From: Magallana gigas
Taxonomy: Eukaryota
DNA length: 64,000 nucleotides
Direction of reading: 5' to 3'
NCBI RefSeq assembly: GCF_963853765.1
Contig: NC_088858.1
Location: forward strand, 32,922,001-32,986,000
The notes beneath the pieces are model-generated. The model made no database searches, was not told the origin of the DNA, and saw only the letters and a program-made list of their open reading frames with translations. The translations under genes were made by a program, and so were the position numbers. Shown piece by piece: positions 26,354-38,312 of this stretch. Within the stretch, counting starts at the first letter, position 1; each line of letters opens with the position of its first letter.

Positions 26354-27060
26354 TGCCTGTTTTGGAGGGTAACTGTTGAAATTGACACCCCGAGAAAACC
26401 ATTGTCAACCGACGCGAAGCGGAGGTTGACAATGGTTTTCAAGGGGTGTCAATTTCAACAGTTACCCTCCCAAACAGGCACTTTTTATTTTATTATACTG
26501 AATGTCTTAATTTAAAAAAAAATTACTGCTTTTATACATAAATAAAGTGAATTCTACGGCGAACCGTACGCGCATTATTTACGCGCATGTAACAATTCGT
26601 TTTGTTATACTTTCATGTTAAATACTGAAATCTGATTGGTTAAGACGCAGTTAATAATATTTACTATTACCCTCAGCGTTAGCAACGCACTTGGCAACGG
26701 GTAACATTAAAAAATGTTACATGCGCGAAAATTATGCGCGTACGGTTCGCTGTAGAATTCACGTTATTCCTATATAAAAGCAGTAAAATTTTCTTAAAAT
26801 TTTTTAAAAAGACATTCAGTATAACAAAATAAATAGTGCCTTTTTGGGAGGATAACAGTTGAAATTGACACCCCTCGAAAACCATTGTCAACCACCGCTT
26901 CGCGTCGGTTGACAATGGTTTTCTCGGGGTGTCAATTTCAACTGTTACCCTCCCAAACAGGCACTATTTATATAGTGTTACCCGTTGCCAAGTGTGTTGC
27001 TAACGCTGAGGGTAATAGAACGGATTGCCAGCTGCGTCTAAACCAATCAGATTTTAAGTA
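26354..27060. mobile_element. Composite foldback element: two inverted copies of a ~127-bp hairpin with a GCGAAGC apex
   Basis: Hairpin 1 at 26354-26480 (apex 26414-26420); hairpin 2 at 26836-26964 (gcttcgc 26897-26903). 26354-26964 is itself an inverted repeat, and the central 26620-26705 segment recurs inverted at 26975-27060. Confidence 0.8.
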
Positions 27061-27129
27061 TTTTTAAAGTTTTTTGTAAGTATAATAAGTAGTAATGGTC
27101 AAGATCAGTTGATTACACCTGTCTTCTGC

Positions 27130-27350
27130 TCTACAATGCGGAATCGTGAATATTATTTGGGGCCAGTTTCGTGGACTGTCGATATTTCAAAAGTTATACA
27201 TTGAGATGTGATTTCGTGAATTTACTTGTTTGTATATATAGGTTATGAATGAAGAGCGTTTTTTTTATTATTCGTTGGGGATAAAAAAAAAAATCGTGGG
27301 TGAGAGGTGGTGCCAACAAAATTCCCGAAAATTGAGCCACTGAAATTCTA
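27130..27350. mobile_element. Degenerate MITE with repeated ttcgtgg/ttcgtga motifs
   Basis: Shares ttcgtgg, attattcgttgg and aaaatt..ccac motifs with the better-preserved element at 41112-41308. Confidence 0.4.
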
Positions 27351-27847
27351 TATAGTGAATCCGCGGTATATGTATATAGCTGTTGAAATCTGATTCAGTC
27401 GGAAGGTATCGGTGAAACCACAATGTCCAGCCTAAGCCTATTTTAGAATTTGTTTAAATCGTTATGTATTATTCTCTGTATCCATTATGCAACCCAATCA
27501 TCCACTTTTTCTTTTCATTTTTTTTTACTAATACTTTAATTTATGCCCTTGTATCATAATGTTAATGGTGTATAATTAGACCATTGATATTACTATTTAA
27601 AATATATCATTCTGTAACTCATTTTCCATTGTACATGTACATGTAAACGTGGTTTGAGTGAACAAATACATTGAACTGCTAGATTTTACAAACAGTCTGG
27701 TAAAGCAAAGAGAATTTTTTTATGGAGAACAGGCAATCTCATTGATTTTGATAATGCAAAGGCTATAATTGAATGACTATACAAAGTTCGCCGATTGGCA
27801 TCAAAATGTAGATCGTAATGAAAATACCATTTCGTCAAGTAAATAAT

Positions 27848-27939
27848 CATCGTCGGAACCCACGGGTTTTCTATCAGTTACACTGCTTTCAATTTGAAAA
27901 ACAGTGCAACGGATAGAAAACCCGTGGGTTCCGACGATG
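27848..27939. mobile_element. 92-bp palindromic MITE/hairpin
   Basis: Perfect 28-bp arms catcgtcggaacccacgggttttctatc / gatagaaaacccgtgggttccgacgatg; flanked by gtaaataat and gtaaataag (possible 8-9 bp TSD). Confidence 0.7.
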
Positions 27940-28305
27940 GTAAATAAGAATAAGAATTGAAACCTGAGTTATTTTTAAAAATAAATTTAAAATTTCGGAA
28001 GACCTTTTCCTTCAACACGTGATTCATTTCGGGGTTTAAATATCATAGCTTTATTTTCTTTGATCAATTTTCATTTAATTCAGCTGATCTATTTGCTTAT
28101 GTTTGCTTCTAATTATAATTTTCTTTTATTCTTTATTGAAACGTATTTATAAAAACTTACTTAAGATACTTAACTTTTATTAATCGGGCATGTTAAAACA
28201 CGATTTGGTCTCCCAATTAATTACCATTAGGTTCGTTCAAACCTATCCAACACTGTTCAAAGGGCAGTTAACTCAAAACGTACGATTGAACAAGAGTTAA
28301 TGGTC

Positions 28306-28320
28306 GTTCTCGAAAGTTCG
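28306..28320 (+). promoter_or_regulatory. Heat-shock element upstream of AHSA1
   Basis: Perfect three-pentamer HSE gTTCt-cGAAa-gTTCg about 160 bp before the ATG; second dyad aTTCtgGAAa at 28366-28375. Confidence 0.75.
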
Positions 28321-28477
28321 GCAATCTGATATAGACGGCGTGATCAACTGCATTTCCGGCAAAAAATTCTGGAAAGCGTGCGAATATTAATAATAATACA
28401 AATCAGTAAATTAAAGGGAAAAGAAATACTTGTAAAGAGGGAGGGATTAAGACCAAGCAGATAAACCGTCACGAAGG

Positions 28478-31400
28478 ATGGCGAAGTGGGGAGAAGGGGA
28501 TCCACGCTGGATTGTGGAAGAAAGACCCGATGGAACTAACGTAAACAATTGGCACTGGTAAGAAAAGACCGGCTTATCTTGGTAAGAAAAGACCGGCTTA
28601 TCTTCGTCAGAACATATGATTTTATGAACACATTTGTATCGAGTTCTTGTCATACAGTAATGAACATTGAATTTTTAAACAGTTCTCCCCTGACGATTTT
28701 CTATGTTGGTTTTCGAGTTATGTGGTCAGACTCCTATGCACGTGGTCATGGTAACTGAGATTTGATGATGTTTCATTATTGTGAAGTTTATTATGAAACA
28801 ACTTTTGTTACATGTGGACTGTACTGAGCGTATGATGCACTCTGTGTAATTGTTTAGATAGATCCACACTGTCGGGACTTGCATTTGTTGCAATAAAAAT
28901 GTATTGAACGGTTGAGTCACCTTCAACCTTGTAGTTTAATTTCTTTAAATCCATTTGTAACTAAATAACATTATCTTTTTGTCAGTTTATTAAAAAAAAA
29001 AAAAATTGAATGAGGTTAGAGGAATTTACCCCCCCCCCCCCCCCCCCCCCCCAGTTTCCCAGTTTCTCTGATGCTTGGCAGGTGAAAGTCATCGGCTCTC
29101 CTGGATGGGACACTGGTCCATCTTGTGTGTGTAGATACCCATTGCAGCAAGATGGGGCGATGCAGATAAAAGAGCCTCTTGTAAGGATGTAACAACAACA
29201 AATTGAACATCGATGAACATTCAGAGCTATAGCAGGGCTCTAACCCACAGGCACCTGACGTTAATTATTTTTCTCATATCAGATAAAAATATATACCCTA
29301 CTGGCGTGCGACCAGTTCTCGCCAAGTACCAATTCTCGCCAGTACATTGTGACGTCATTTTATTAACACATAAATTATATACGAAAAATGATGTCACAAT
29401 GTACTGGCGAGAAATGGTAATTGGCGAGCACTGGTCGCACGCCAGTATATATAGTAATTATTGGTTCAACAATTTTTTCCTTCTTGTAAATTTGTGTTCC
29501 CCCCCCCCCAAAAAAAAATAAATAACGAAATAAATCAGTTACATGCTTCAGCTTTAATTTTGAAATATTGACTGGTGTGAAATTTAAGTGCTTTGGTTGG
29601 GTAGTTTTGTGGCTTGTTATTTAAATATGAAATTATTTTCATTTTAAAATAATTTAATTCTGATTGTAACACGCTTTCTGATTGGTTGAAAAATTTATTT
29701 TATATCGTATAAAGAATGTTGCCTACGTCATAGTAAGACAAACGTCAAAAACATATCAATCCGCCTGACGTTACGTTTGAATTTTGTACAATTTGATGTC
29801 ATTTTATAGATCAAATGACCGTTTTTATCAACAATTGATAGCAAATAAATTAAATTCTAAGGAATGAATTCAATATTTTTTAGTTTTATACGATATAAAA
29901 TGGTTTGGAACAGTTTACGCTTTTTTATAAACCGCTTCGCTGTTTATAAAGCGTAAACTGCCCCAAACCATTTTATATCGTATAAAACTAAAAAATATTG
30001 AATTCATTCCTTAAATAACAAATTTTGTATTGTGTTACAGGGTTGAAAAAAATGCCACAAATTGGTCAAAAGACAGGCTGAAAGAATTGCTAACTGGTGT
30101 CGTAGTTGAAGATGATAAATGTAAGATTTTTTAAAAATTATATCTAGTAATAAAGTTGTTTTATAAAGTAAGGTTTTCATTGAAAAGCATCTGTCCCAGC
30201 TTCCTCTTTTTTTTGGTAAATGTTGAAAAAAATTTTGCAATCCTTTGACAGGTTTTTCTGAAATAAAAATATTTACAGTGTAAATACAAATTGTGTTTTT
30301 TATATGAAATTGGTTGTACTAAATATGATAAATATGATACAGTTATTGATAATTAAGCAGGATTGACAGTCGGTACTACCATTAAACTTTTGTTATGCTG
30401 AAAGGTTATTGTTTTTTTTTATCTTTTAGTTTTTTGTGAACTTAAGGAGGTAACAAGTATTGAAGGCGAGGCATCAGCAAACAACAGAAAAGCCAAATTA
30501 ATATTTTTCTACGAATTTGTTATTAAAGGAGAATGGTCAGGTGAGGTAAAAAAAAAGAAAGAAAGGAATTCAGTTCACATTTATTAAATTAAAGTGTCTA
30601 ATGATTTAGAAAGAAAAAAAAACCAAAAGCAAACTAACTGAGATTATATCAAAAAATGTGATTTGTTCTTATTTTTAAACCGGATTAAATTTTCACAGGT
30701 AAGTTAAAAGATGGAGACAAGAAAATTAAAGGGAAATTTGAAATACCAAACCTCAGTGAAGAAAATGATGCAGATGAAATTGATGTAAGTAAAATTGGCT
30801 GTTATTTTACATATAAGATAGTGTATACAGAGTTATTTTCAACCTGTGTAATTATTGCCCTTCTACACTTAGTTTTGCCCCATTTTGAATTCGCCCAGAC
30901 ACAGTTACGTTATAGAGATAATTTGAGACACTGGAATTTGCCCAGTCTTAAATTCGCCCACTGACATCGAGGAAGGAAGGTGTGAAAATAAACGTGGCGA
31001 ACATTTCCCTGATTAGAGTAGACCATTGTATTTAATTTGTTCCAGTGATGTGCAGTGTAGTGTATATGTTAATTTGCATTTCTTGGTTTTTTTTCCCTTT
31101 AGTTCAATGTTACAGTATCCAAGGACTCTGATGAGGCATATAAACTAAAAGAATTCCTAAGGAAGACTGGATTAGGTGTTATAAGACAGAAGATGTCAGA
31201 ATATTTAAATGATTTAAAAAATGGTAAGGTCAAGGGAAAAAAAATTACTTCATATTTATCTCCAATTACGATGGATGAATTTTTTTGATATATGATATGC
31301 TGTGGTGACTTTGGCACACCAAATTTACAAAAATGAGCTAAACATAGTTTCACAGGCAATAGTTTAGATTTATTGGCTGTTAAATTTTTTTGATAATCTA

Positions 31401-33689
31401 ATGTTTCAGATGTGTAAATTTTAATTAGTATAGAAAACTATCATTTGTGATTGCGAAATACGATTTTGTGATTTGTAATTGGTTTTTTTTTTTTTAATTT
31501 TGAAATTTACAAAACCAGTATTTGAACATTTTTCTTTGCAATGGCTTTGTTTTTAATAAGTTAACAATTTGTTTTTGTTTTTATTGTAAATGAAGAATAT
31601 AGCAAAGGTGTGATCTTGCCAACCAAAGGAGCACAACAGCAACAACAAACCAAAGCTCAAACCAACTCCGCCACAGTAAGTCGGACATAGTGCACAGAAC
31701 TTGAGAAAAGTTAGAAACTGAGGGGGAACCTGGCCGCTTTTAAATGATGTTATTATTGTTCCTTTGTAAATGATATTGCATCAAAAATTAAAAGAATTGG
31801 ATATCATTTGTTTCACTTTGTATGCCATTTAATTGGATATCTAATGTTTGGATACTAACACGTGGATCTGTTTTTCTAATGATTAAATAGGTCAACAGTT
31901 TACTAAAACCCACAAACATACATGTATCTTTGAAAGTACTGGTATACAAAAAAATGAATATAGGGGCCAAAAGATATATGAAGGGTCAAGGTCATTGGCA
32001 GGGATACAAAAGGTTAAATTTAACCAAGGATATGTTCATTGTCATCTAGGAATATTTTCAATATCAACTGTGCTGTGTAGTGGCATTGAGTTCGCATGCA
32101 GTTGAACCATTTGATATTCAAAAGCATTGTCAATATTGAAAGCTAGTTCATGTATGTTGTACGTTAACTGCTTTTAAGCTATGAATCTTATTTTGCAGAA
32201 TAAAGCTAGAGAAGAAATGAACAAACTGGTCATCGATTCCAAAGCATCCAAACCATTAGGTGTGAAAATTCACACCAAGAAAATTGTTGGGAAGGAAGAG
32301 TTTAAATGCAGGGCCGAGGATCTATATAGGGCACTGACTGATGTTAAGGTATAAAGCAAAAAAAAAATAAACTAACAAAATAAAGGTTTAAAAATGATAT
32401 AAAAGCTTGCTTCCTCATGAAGTTGATTTAAAGACATAGATAAATAATCAGTAGCTTCTCGGTGGACATATTTAAATACTTCAATTGTTTTTGTCATAAA
32501 AGGAATTTTTGATGCTTGTAAAACTTTGAAACTTTAAATACCTTGTAGAATTTAATGAAAGCTAGTCATTGTTTGATTTGGAAATATGATGACTGACCAT
32601 TTTACAAAATATATTGTAGCTGGTTCAAGCATTTTCAGCCAGCCCTGCAGAGATGGAAGTAGAAAAAGGAGGTCGTTTCTCCCTTCTCCATGGAAACATA
32701 ACAGGAGAATTTGTAGAATTGGTAAGATATATCAAGATTATCTGCCCTTTTTACATATATTGATGAAAGGGGCATGGTCAGGATTTAAGTCAAATTTTAT
32801 TTTTCTATTTCTGTTCTATGCAAAGCTTTTATAGTAATGCATTTCTAATGATTAATCAAAATTTGAGTGTCAGTCTTAGATGCAGAGCTCACAATTGTTT
32901 GTTATTTAAAGAAGGCTCATGCCGTGTTTTTGTTCACATTGGTTAATACACCAGTGGAAGTTCATTTTTCAAGCTGACTTTTCTATCTGCCAATTTCTTC
33001 TGAATATAAATTAATAGTTCCTAGTGTTTGTCACATTCACTTTAGGTCTAATCCTGGAAATTATTTTTATAACTCAGGATATAAAAAAAACATGACCTGA
33101 AAGCTCAAGCTTTGTTTACGTAACAAAGAATTGTGAGCTCTGTAGTTCAATTATAATTTGATGACTGACACTCAAATTTTTGTTGACTATTACAACTGCC
33201 TTACTGAAGGATTGTAAACATTTTAAACCAAAAATAAATTTTGATCAAAATCACGACCATGCACCTTTAATATTGATAAATTAGTAAAATGGAAATATAA
33301 CAGGAGAATTTGTTGAACTGTAACAATTATTTCAATTATCTGCCCCTTTTACATATATTGATAAGTACATGTATTGATGACCAATTTGTAAAAATCTTTG
33401 TCAAATCTTAGTTTAGTTTAGTATTGTCACAAAATGTAATCGAACATTTTGATTATAAAAACAGATACCCAATCAGAAACTTGTTCAACGCTGGAGAGTG
33501 AAATCCTGGCCGGATGCACATTATTCCACTGTGACTTTTGAATTCGACGAGAAAGACGATTGTACTGTGCTTAATTATACCCAGACTGGTGTTCCAGACT
33601 CGGAGTACGAGAAAACGAAAGAGGGCTGGGTAATCAATTACTGGAACCGAATGAAACAAGTGCTTGGATTTGGCTCCAGTATTTTTTGA
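28478..33689 (+). CDS. AHSA1: Activator of Hsp90 ATPase 1 (Aha1), 344 aa
   Basis: 9 exons: 28478-28557, 30041-30120, 30430-30540, 30699-30784, 31103-31223, 31596-31675, 32199-32348, 32620-32721, 33465-33689 (1035 nt). MAKWGEGDPRWIVEERPDGTNVNNWHW, EGEASANNRKAKLIFFYE, FEIPNLSEENDADE, QRWRVKSWPDAHYS, GWVINYWNRMKQVLGFG. Confidence 0.98.
29301..29445. mobile_element. 145-bp MITE with TA target duplication (Tc1/mariner-like), in AHSA1 intron 1
   Basis: TA|ctggcgtgcgaccagt...actggtcgcacgccag|TA; the arms pair over ~60 bp. Confidence 0.8.
29660..30012. mobile_element. Second GCGAAGC-apex foldback element, in AHSA1 intron 1
   Basis: ~75-bp arms spanning 29858-30012 around accgcttcgc (29931-29940); upstream ctgattgg box and a repeat of the arm motif ttttatatcgtataaa near 29675-29715. 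Confidence 0.75.
30820..31020. mobile_element. Degenerate MITE with repeated ttcgccc/ttgccc motifs, in AHSA1 intron 4
   Basis: Loosely complementary ends (tgtatacagagttattt...aacatttccctgattagagta); four (t)tcgccc/ttgccc motifs. Confidence 0.5.
32858..33180. mobile_element. Inverted-repeat element in AHSA1 intron 8
   Basis: aaaatttgagtgtcagtc / gactgacactcaaatttt, plus internal cagagctcacaatt / aattgtgagctctg. Confidence 0.65.
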
Positions 33690-34267
33690 CGAAGGTGGAA
33701 GGAATTATTCTTCAGAGTTACAAAGGTTATTTTCAGGTTCAGGTCTTTGATTGTCAACAAGTTAGGGAAGAAGTGGACCAGTGTAGAAGAAAGGGAAAGA
33801 AAAGGAATTTTTTGTATCCATCTTACAACAGGTCCAATTTTTACCATCTGTGACACAATTTCATAGTTTTGGCAATGTGTAAATTGTTTTTTTTATTATG
33901 TGAAATAATGCAAATATACATTAAACCTTTTTCCTGGTTTCATTTAAACATGTACCAAATATTCAAAGATAACAGAAATAATATAATAAGTTGTGTTAAA
34001 ATTTTTTAGAAAAATGATGCTTCACTCTTCGGTGCTGTAGAAGGAGAAATTTTCTTGGGGGAATAAAATGCCATGAAGTTTTAACATGGTTCTCGTTAAT
34101 ATGGTTATATTTTGAATATGAAATTATATCCCCACAAAACTATTTGAAATCACAAGTTAAGGAATTTATTTTTAATCCCATTAAAAATTCTGCTTCTACA
34201 GCAATGCTCTTAATTGTGTAAAAGTATTTTGATGTTTTTGTCATAAATAGTTGTTGATATACAAAAT

Positions 34268-34440
34268 ACACATGCACAGATATAGAAAGGGGGGGGGGCA
34301 GGTCTGGGGCCCCCTGCAAAATTCAAATTTCATAAAATTACGTTTGATTTATAGAATTACCAAAAATATGCTTCGGACCCCCCTGGCAAACTCGAATAAT
34401 CGTGGGACCCACCCGAAAAAAATTTCTGGATCCGCGCAGG
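34268..34440. repeat. G/C-run interspersed repeat with short TIR (catgc..gatc.aga / tctggatccgcgca); relatives near 5120, 20430, 25560, 35960 and 37700
   Basis: Partly complementary ends; internal ggacccccctggcaaac shared with 5200-5220; similar 3' ends ggaaaatattctggacccccgtg (35995) and ggaattccctgatccacgcatg (37815). Confidence 0.6.
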
Positions 34441-34955
34441 ATACATGTTCTAGTAAATAAATTCAACATATTTCAACTGTTGGTGTGTTGTATATTAGAC
34501 ATCAAAAGAGTATACAAGTTAAAATTAAATTAATTATCATATCTCAGAACTGTTGACTGGAAATTATACATTACCTTGTATCGAACTATAACATTTTTTA
34601 AGTGTATTTTTATTTGATGTGTTTGATTGCATTTAGACTGAATGGCCACTGTGAAAGACTTCTAGCTTCTGTGTCATTTCAACTTCTTTTGTCATTTAAA
34701 CATACTGTATAAGGATATTGCATTTAATTTGGGAGCTTATTTGCCATTTCCAATTGTGAAAAAAGGGATTTTAAGATGACAAAATTTTCAATATCTCCAC
34801 CTAAATTTGTTACAGGGTATAAACTTGGCATTGTTTTATTTCATCATTACTGACAACTTTTCTGGTATGCTTCTGTAAAGGTTTATGAATGTTCCTAGTT
34901 AGGAAATATATACAACCCCCCCCCCCCCCAAAAAAAAAACACACCTGGAAAATTC

Positions 34956-35901
34956 AAAGAAAGTGAGCGCACAAGATGGTAAGTTTGCAGGAATCCTCGA
35001 CACGAATCAATTGGGATTTAAATGTCTATAACATCGAAAGGCTATGTACAGGTTTCAACAAAAATATATTATGTTGAGAGTCTAAGTACATGGCTATTCC
35101 GGTTATTAAAAAACTCACAAACTTTCAAAAACTGGCAATGAGAGGTAAACCGATAACTAGTTGGAAATATTAATGCAAACATATTTTAATTAAGTTATAT
35201 TGTGTACCGTATATCCTAAAAAAGCTAGTAATAAGAAAAGAAAATAGTGTTCATTCAGCAGATCTAGAAATCAATAACAACAAATTAAAATATACCGGCA
35301 TATTATAATTCAACATCATGTTATAATAACAAACATTTAAAACAAAAAAGTTTAAATTTTTTTTAAAAAGACCACCAGTTGGATTTGAACCCAAAACACT
35401 GATTGTTTGTATTCACTAATCCAGGACGAAACCACTGAGCCATGCGAGACTTGTCAATATGCTCTATAAAGTACTGTTTGAAACAACATTGTCATATCAA
35501 TGGACTTAGTTTTTTATCCTTCAAAAAATAATTTGAAAAAGTACATAATTAGTCATCTCTGGGTCATCTCTCCATCTTTTTTTAAAAAGCGATATTCTAA
35601 ATGTTGAAATATGTTATCTTTACACGTTTCAAATTTGTGGAGAGAAGACCCAGAGACAACAAAATCATTTAAAAACAGTTGTAAATAAGTAGGATTTTGC
35701 ACGAATTGCATCGTGTTGCTATATTTAGACCCATATTATGATAAAACCTTTTGCATTTCAAATATTTTTCCACTCATTCCACATCCAACAGAAACCAAAT
35801 AACGGTTATAATTCGAAAAATATTCAAAATTGATGAAAATTTCACTCTCCTTGTGCGCCCAGATTCCTGCCGAATGTACATCTTAAGCGCCCACTTTCTT
35901 T
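34956..35901. mobile_element. Non-autonomous TIR element carrying a tRNA-like segment
   Basis: Termini aaagaaagtgagcgc / gcgcccactttcttt (14/15 complementary); AT-rich non-coding interior. Confidence 0.5.
35371..35450 (-). pseudogene. tRNA-derived fragment (SINE-head-like) with pol III A and B boxes
   Basis: Minus strand: TGGCTCAGTGG (A box, 35432-35442) and GGTTCAAATCC (B box, 35381-35391); no intact cloverleaf found. Confidence 0.5.
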
Positions 35902-38312
35902 ATCACGTAGCAATTTTACCAAAATTCGGCCCTTTAGCAAACAGAATTATTGATCACGCGAATGCCCGCGACCCCCCAAACCAAATCCCCAGGGAAAATA
36001 TTCTGGACCCCCGTGTTAGAATATATTCATTTACCCGCTTTGTCAAATGGGAGGTTGAACACTATGGAAGAAAAAAGAATCCACATTTGTTGGTCGAGTG
36101 TTTGTTATGCATTGCTTAAAATTAAACATATAATACTTAATATTTAATAAGGAGTATCTAATACCCAATGGCCAATATTCTATTAAAACCATTATTTTGA
36201 TAACCTATGAAAAGATGTAAATAAGTGTCAGCTCATTTTGTATGTACATGTATAATCTGTTGAAGCTCTACATCATCTTTTTATTTGAAATAAAAAAAAT
36301 GAAAAAAAAAATGTCTTTTTTCTGTGAACTTATCCTTAACTTTGTACAAAAAGTGTGAAGGGCACAATAAGCAGCGCTATATAGACTGATAAAAATCACA
36401 TTTTCGAATACATTCTGTATAGACATGATATGTGTGAACCTCAGCTATTTTGCAGTTAAAAGTGCCAACTCGAAATTGTCACACTTCGCTTTAGGAGGTT
36501 AGTTAACTTTCAGAGAAAAGCATGTGGCAAGCGGAGACATAATTTGAGAAGGAAAATTTCCTGAGATAATTTTGGTTTAGTATCACAGAATATGCCAGGA
36601 TTTATGATTGATAAGTTCAAATTTTTCGCCGCAAATTGCAAGTTTTTGCATATAGAACACTATACTTAGCTCAATGGTTCAGTCAACTTTTTTTATACCA
36701 TGAATTGACAGTTCTGCCGCTACTCGGAACGCCAGTTATTAATTTGATGTATCTTTTGAAATATGTACCGACATATGAAAAAAAACCCTGATAAAAGCGT
36801 TTCATTATTCATGCGGTTGTTCGTATTTTTGCGAAGAAACCAAACGCTAGTTCTATTTCCAGGTAATTCTAAGGCCTGAAGCGTTTAAATCATATTTGCA
36901 TCAAGGGATGAATTGTACAAGTTTGTAGATAATTCAACAATATTTCTTGGATAAGTAACCCAAGTTTTTAGATCCCTGTTTTTATTGAACCAAACTTGCT
37001 GGGTGATTATATGATTCTGCAAAACTTATAAAATTGCAATTCTTATTCAGAATTGAGGAATCCTGAACAATATAAATATGAAAAAAAAAACCATCCAAGA
37101 ATGAACCAGATTAAAGGTGCTTACTTGATTCTTACGAACATCGTGTAGCAAAAGCTTTTCGTATGTACGCAATAAATAAAATGGCACATCATTTGTTCCA
37201 TAATAGCTGTCTTGTCTATATCGCCAGATATCAACTGTCGGATAAACATGTACCTATGTGTGCATTAACAAGACTTGCCGTTGGGTTTCGACGAATGATG
37301 TCGTGATCTTGTTTGAAACACCACTTTTTGCAATTCCTACTGAATTATATTTTTTTTATCAAAGTTTTTTTTTGTGAAAATTAAATTAATACTTTTCTGT
37401 AATCATTTATTTAAAAAAAATTAAATACAATTAATACATGCATGCAAATAAGAACTTTAAAATACAGTACTCACATTTTTTTAAAATTAAAATTACGTAC
37501 CACAACTATTGTTTAAAAGAACCGAGCTTCATTGAAAAAACAATTTCCCTGGGTTTTTTTTTTAAAATTAAGATTTATAGAGCATGACGAAAATCAAAGT
37601 GATAAAACAAAGCTGATTGTGAAAAAAAACTACAATTTTTCTACTTTTGCATATAAATATGAAAGAGAAATGACATCTTGCGTTAAGCCATGTGATATAT
37701 CATCGGAACAATGGGGGAGGGGTTGCACCCCCCCCCCCCCCCCCCGACCAGTAAAAGTACCGTATATAAACCTGGAACCAACCCTGGGACCCTTCCGGAC
37801 CACTCCCCCGCCGGGGAATTCCCTGATCCACGCATGTTAATGTAAAGTTATAAATAATGTTTTATTTGTTATATTTATGGAATGAAAAAAAGTAAAAAAA
37901 CAAATGATGTGCGACTGGTTTTATTGATCCTCAAATAATACAATAATACAAATGAACTTTTCTGTCACTGAAAGGCCTGCAATAGAAAAAAAATATTTAA
38001 ATCTTAACTGTTCTTTACAAGCATTTTAAAGTATAATTGACTTTTTGCTTCTTTATTACATATCAGTTATTTCTTTCTTTCGAAAATTAACTTTTTAAAA
38101 TAAAAAAAAAGTTCTTCATTGACGGTTTGTTATGTAAATGTATATATGTATCTTATAAAAATTTCTACACGTTTTGTTTTTATGGAATTTATTTTACAAA
38201 CTGTTGAACAAAATTGACTGACATAAGTCTTGGCATTTTACGAAATTTGAATCACTTGATCATACACATAGTAAACATACTATACCATACACGAATTGAT
38301 CGTCCGTTTAAA

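Noticed and set aside
29050-29205. Possible SINE/LINE 3' end finishing in gatgtaacaacaacaa
   Set aside because: No head, TSD or protein motif to confirm it.
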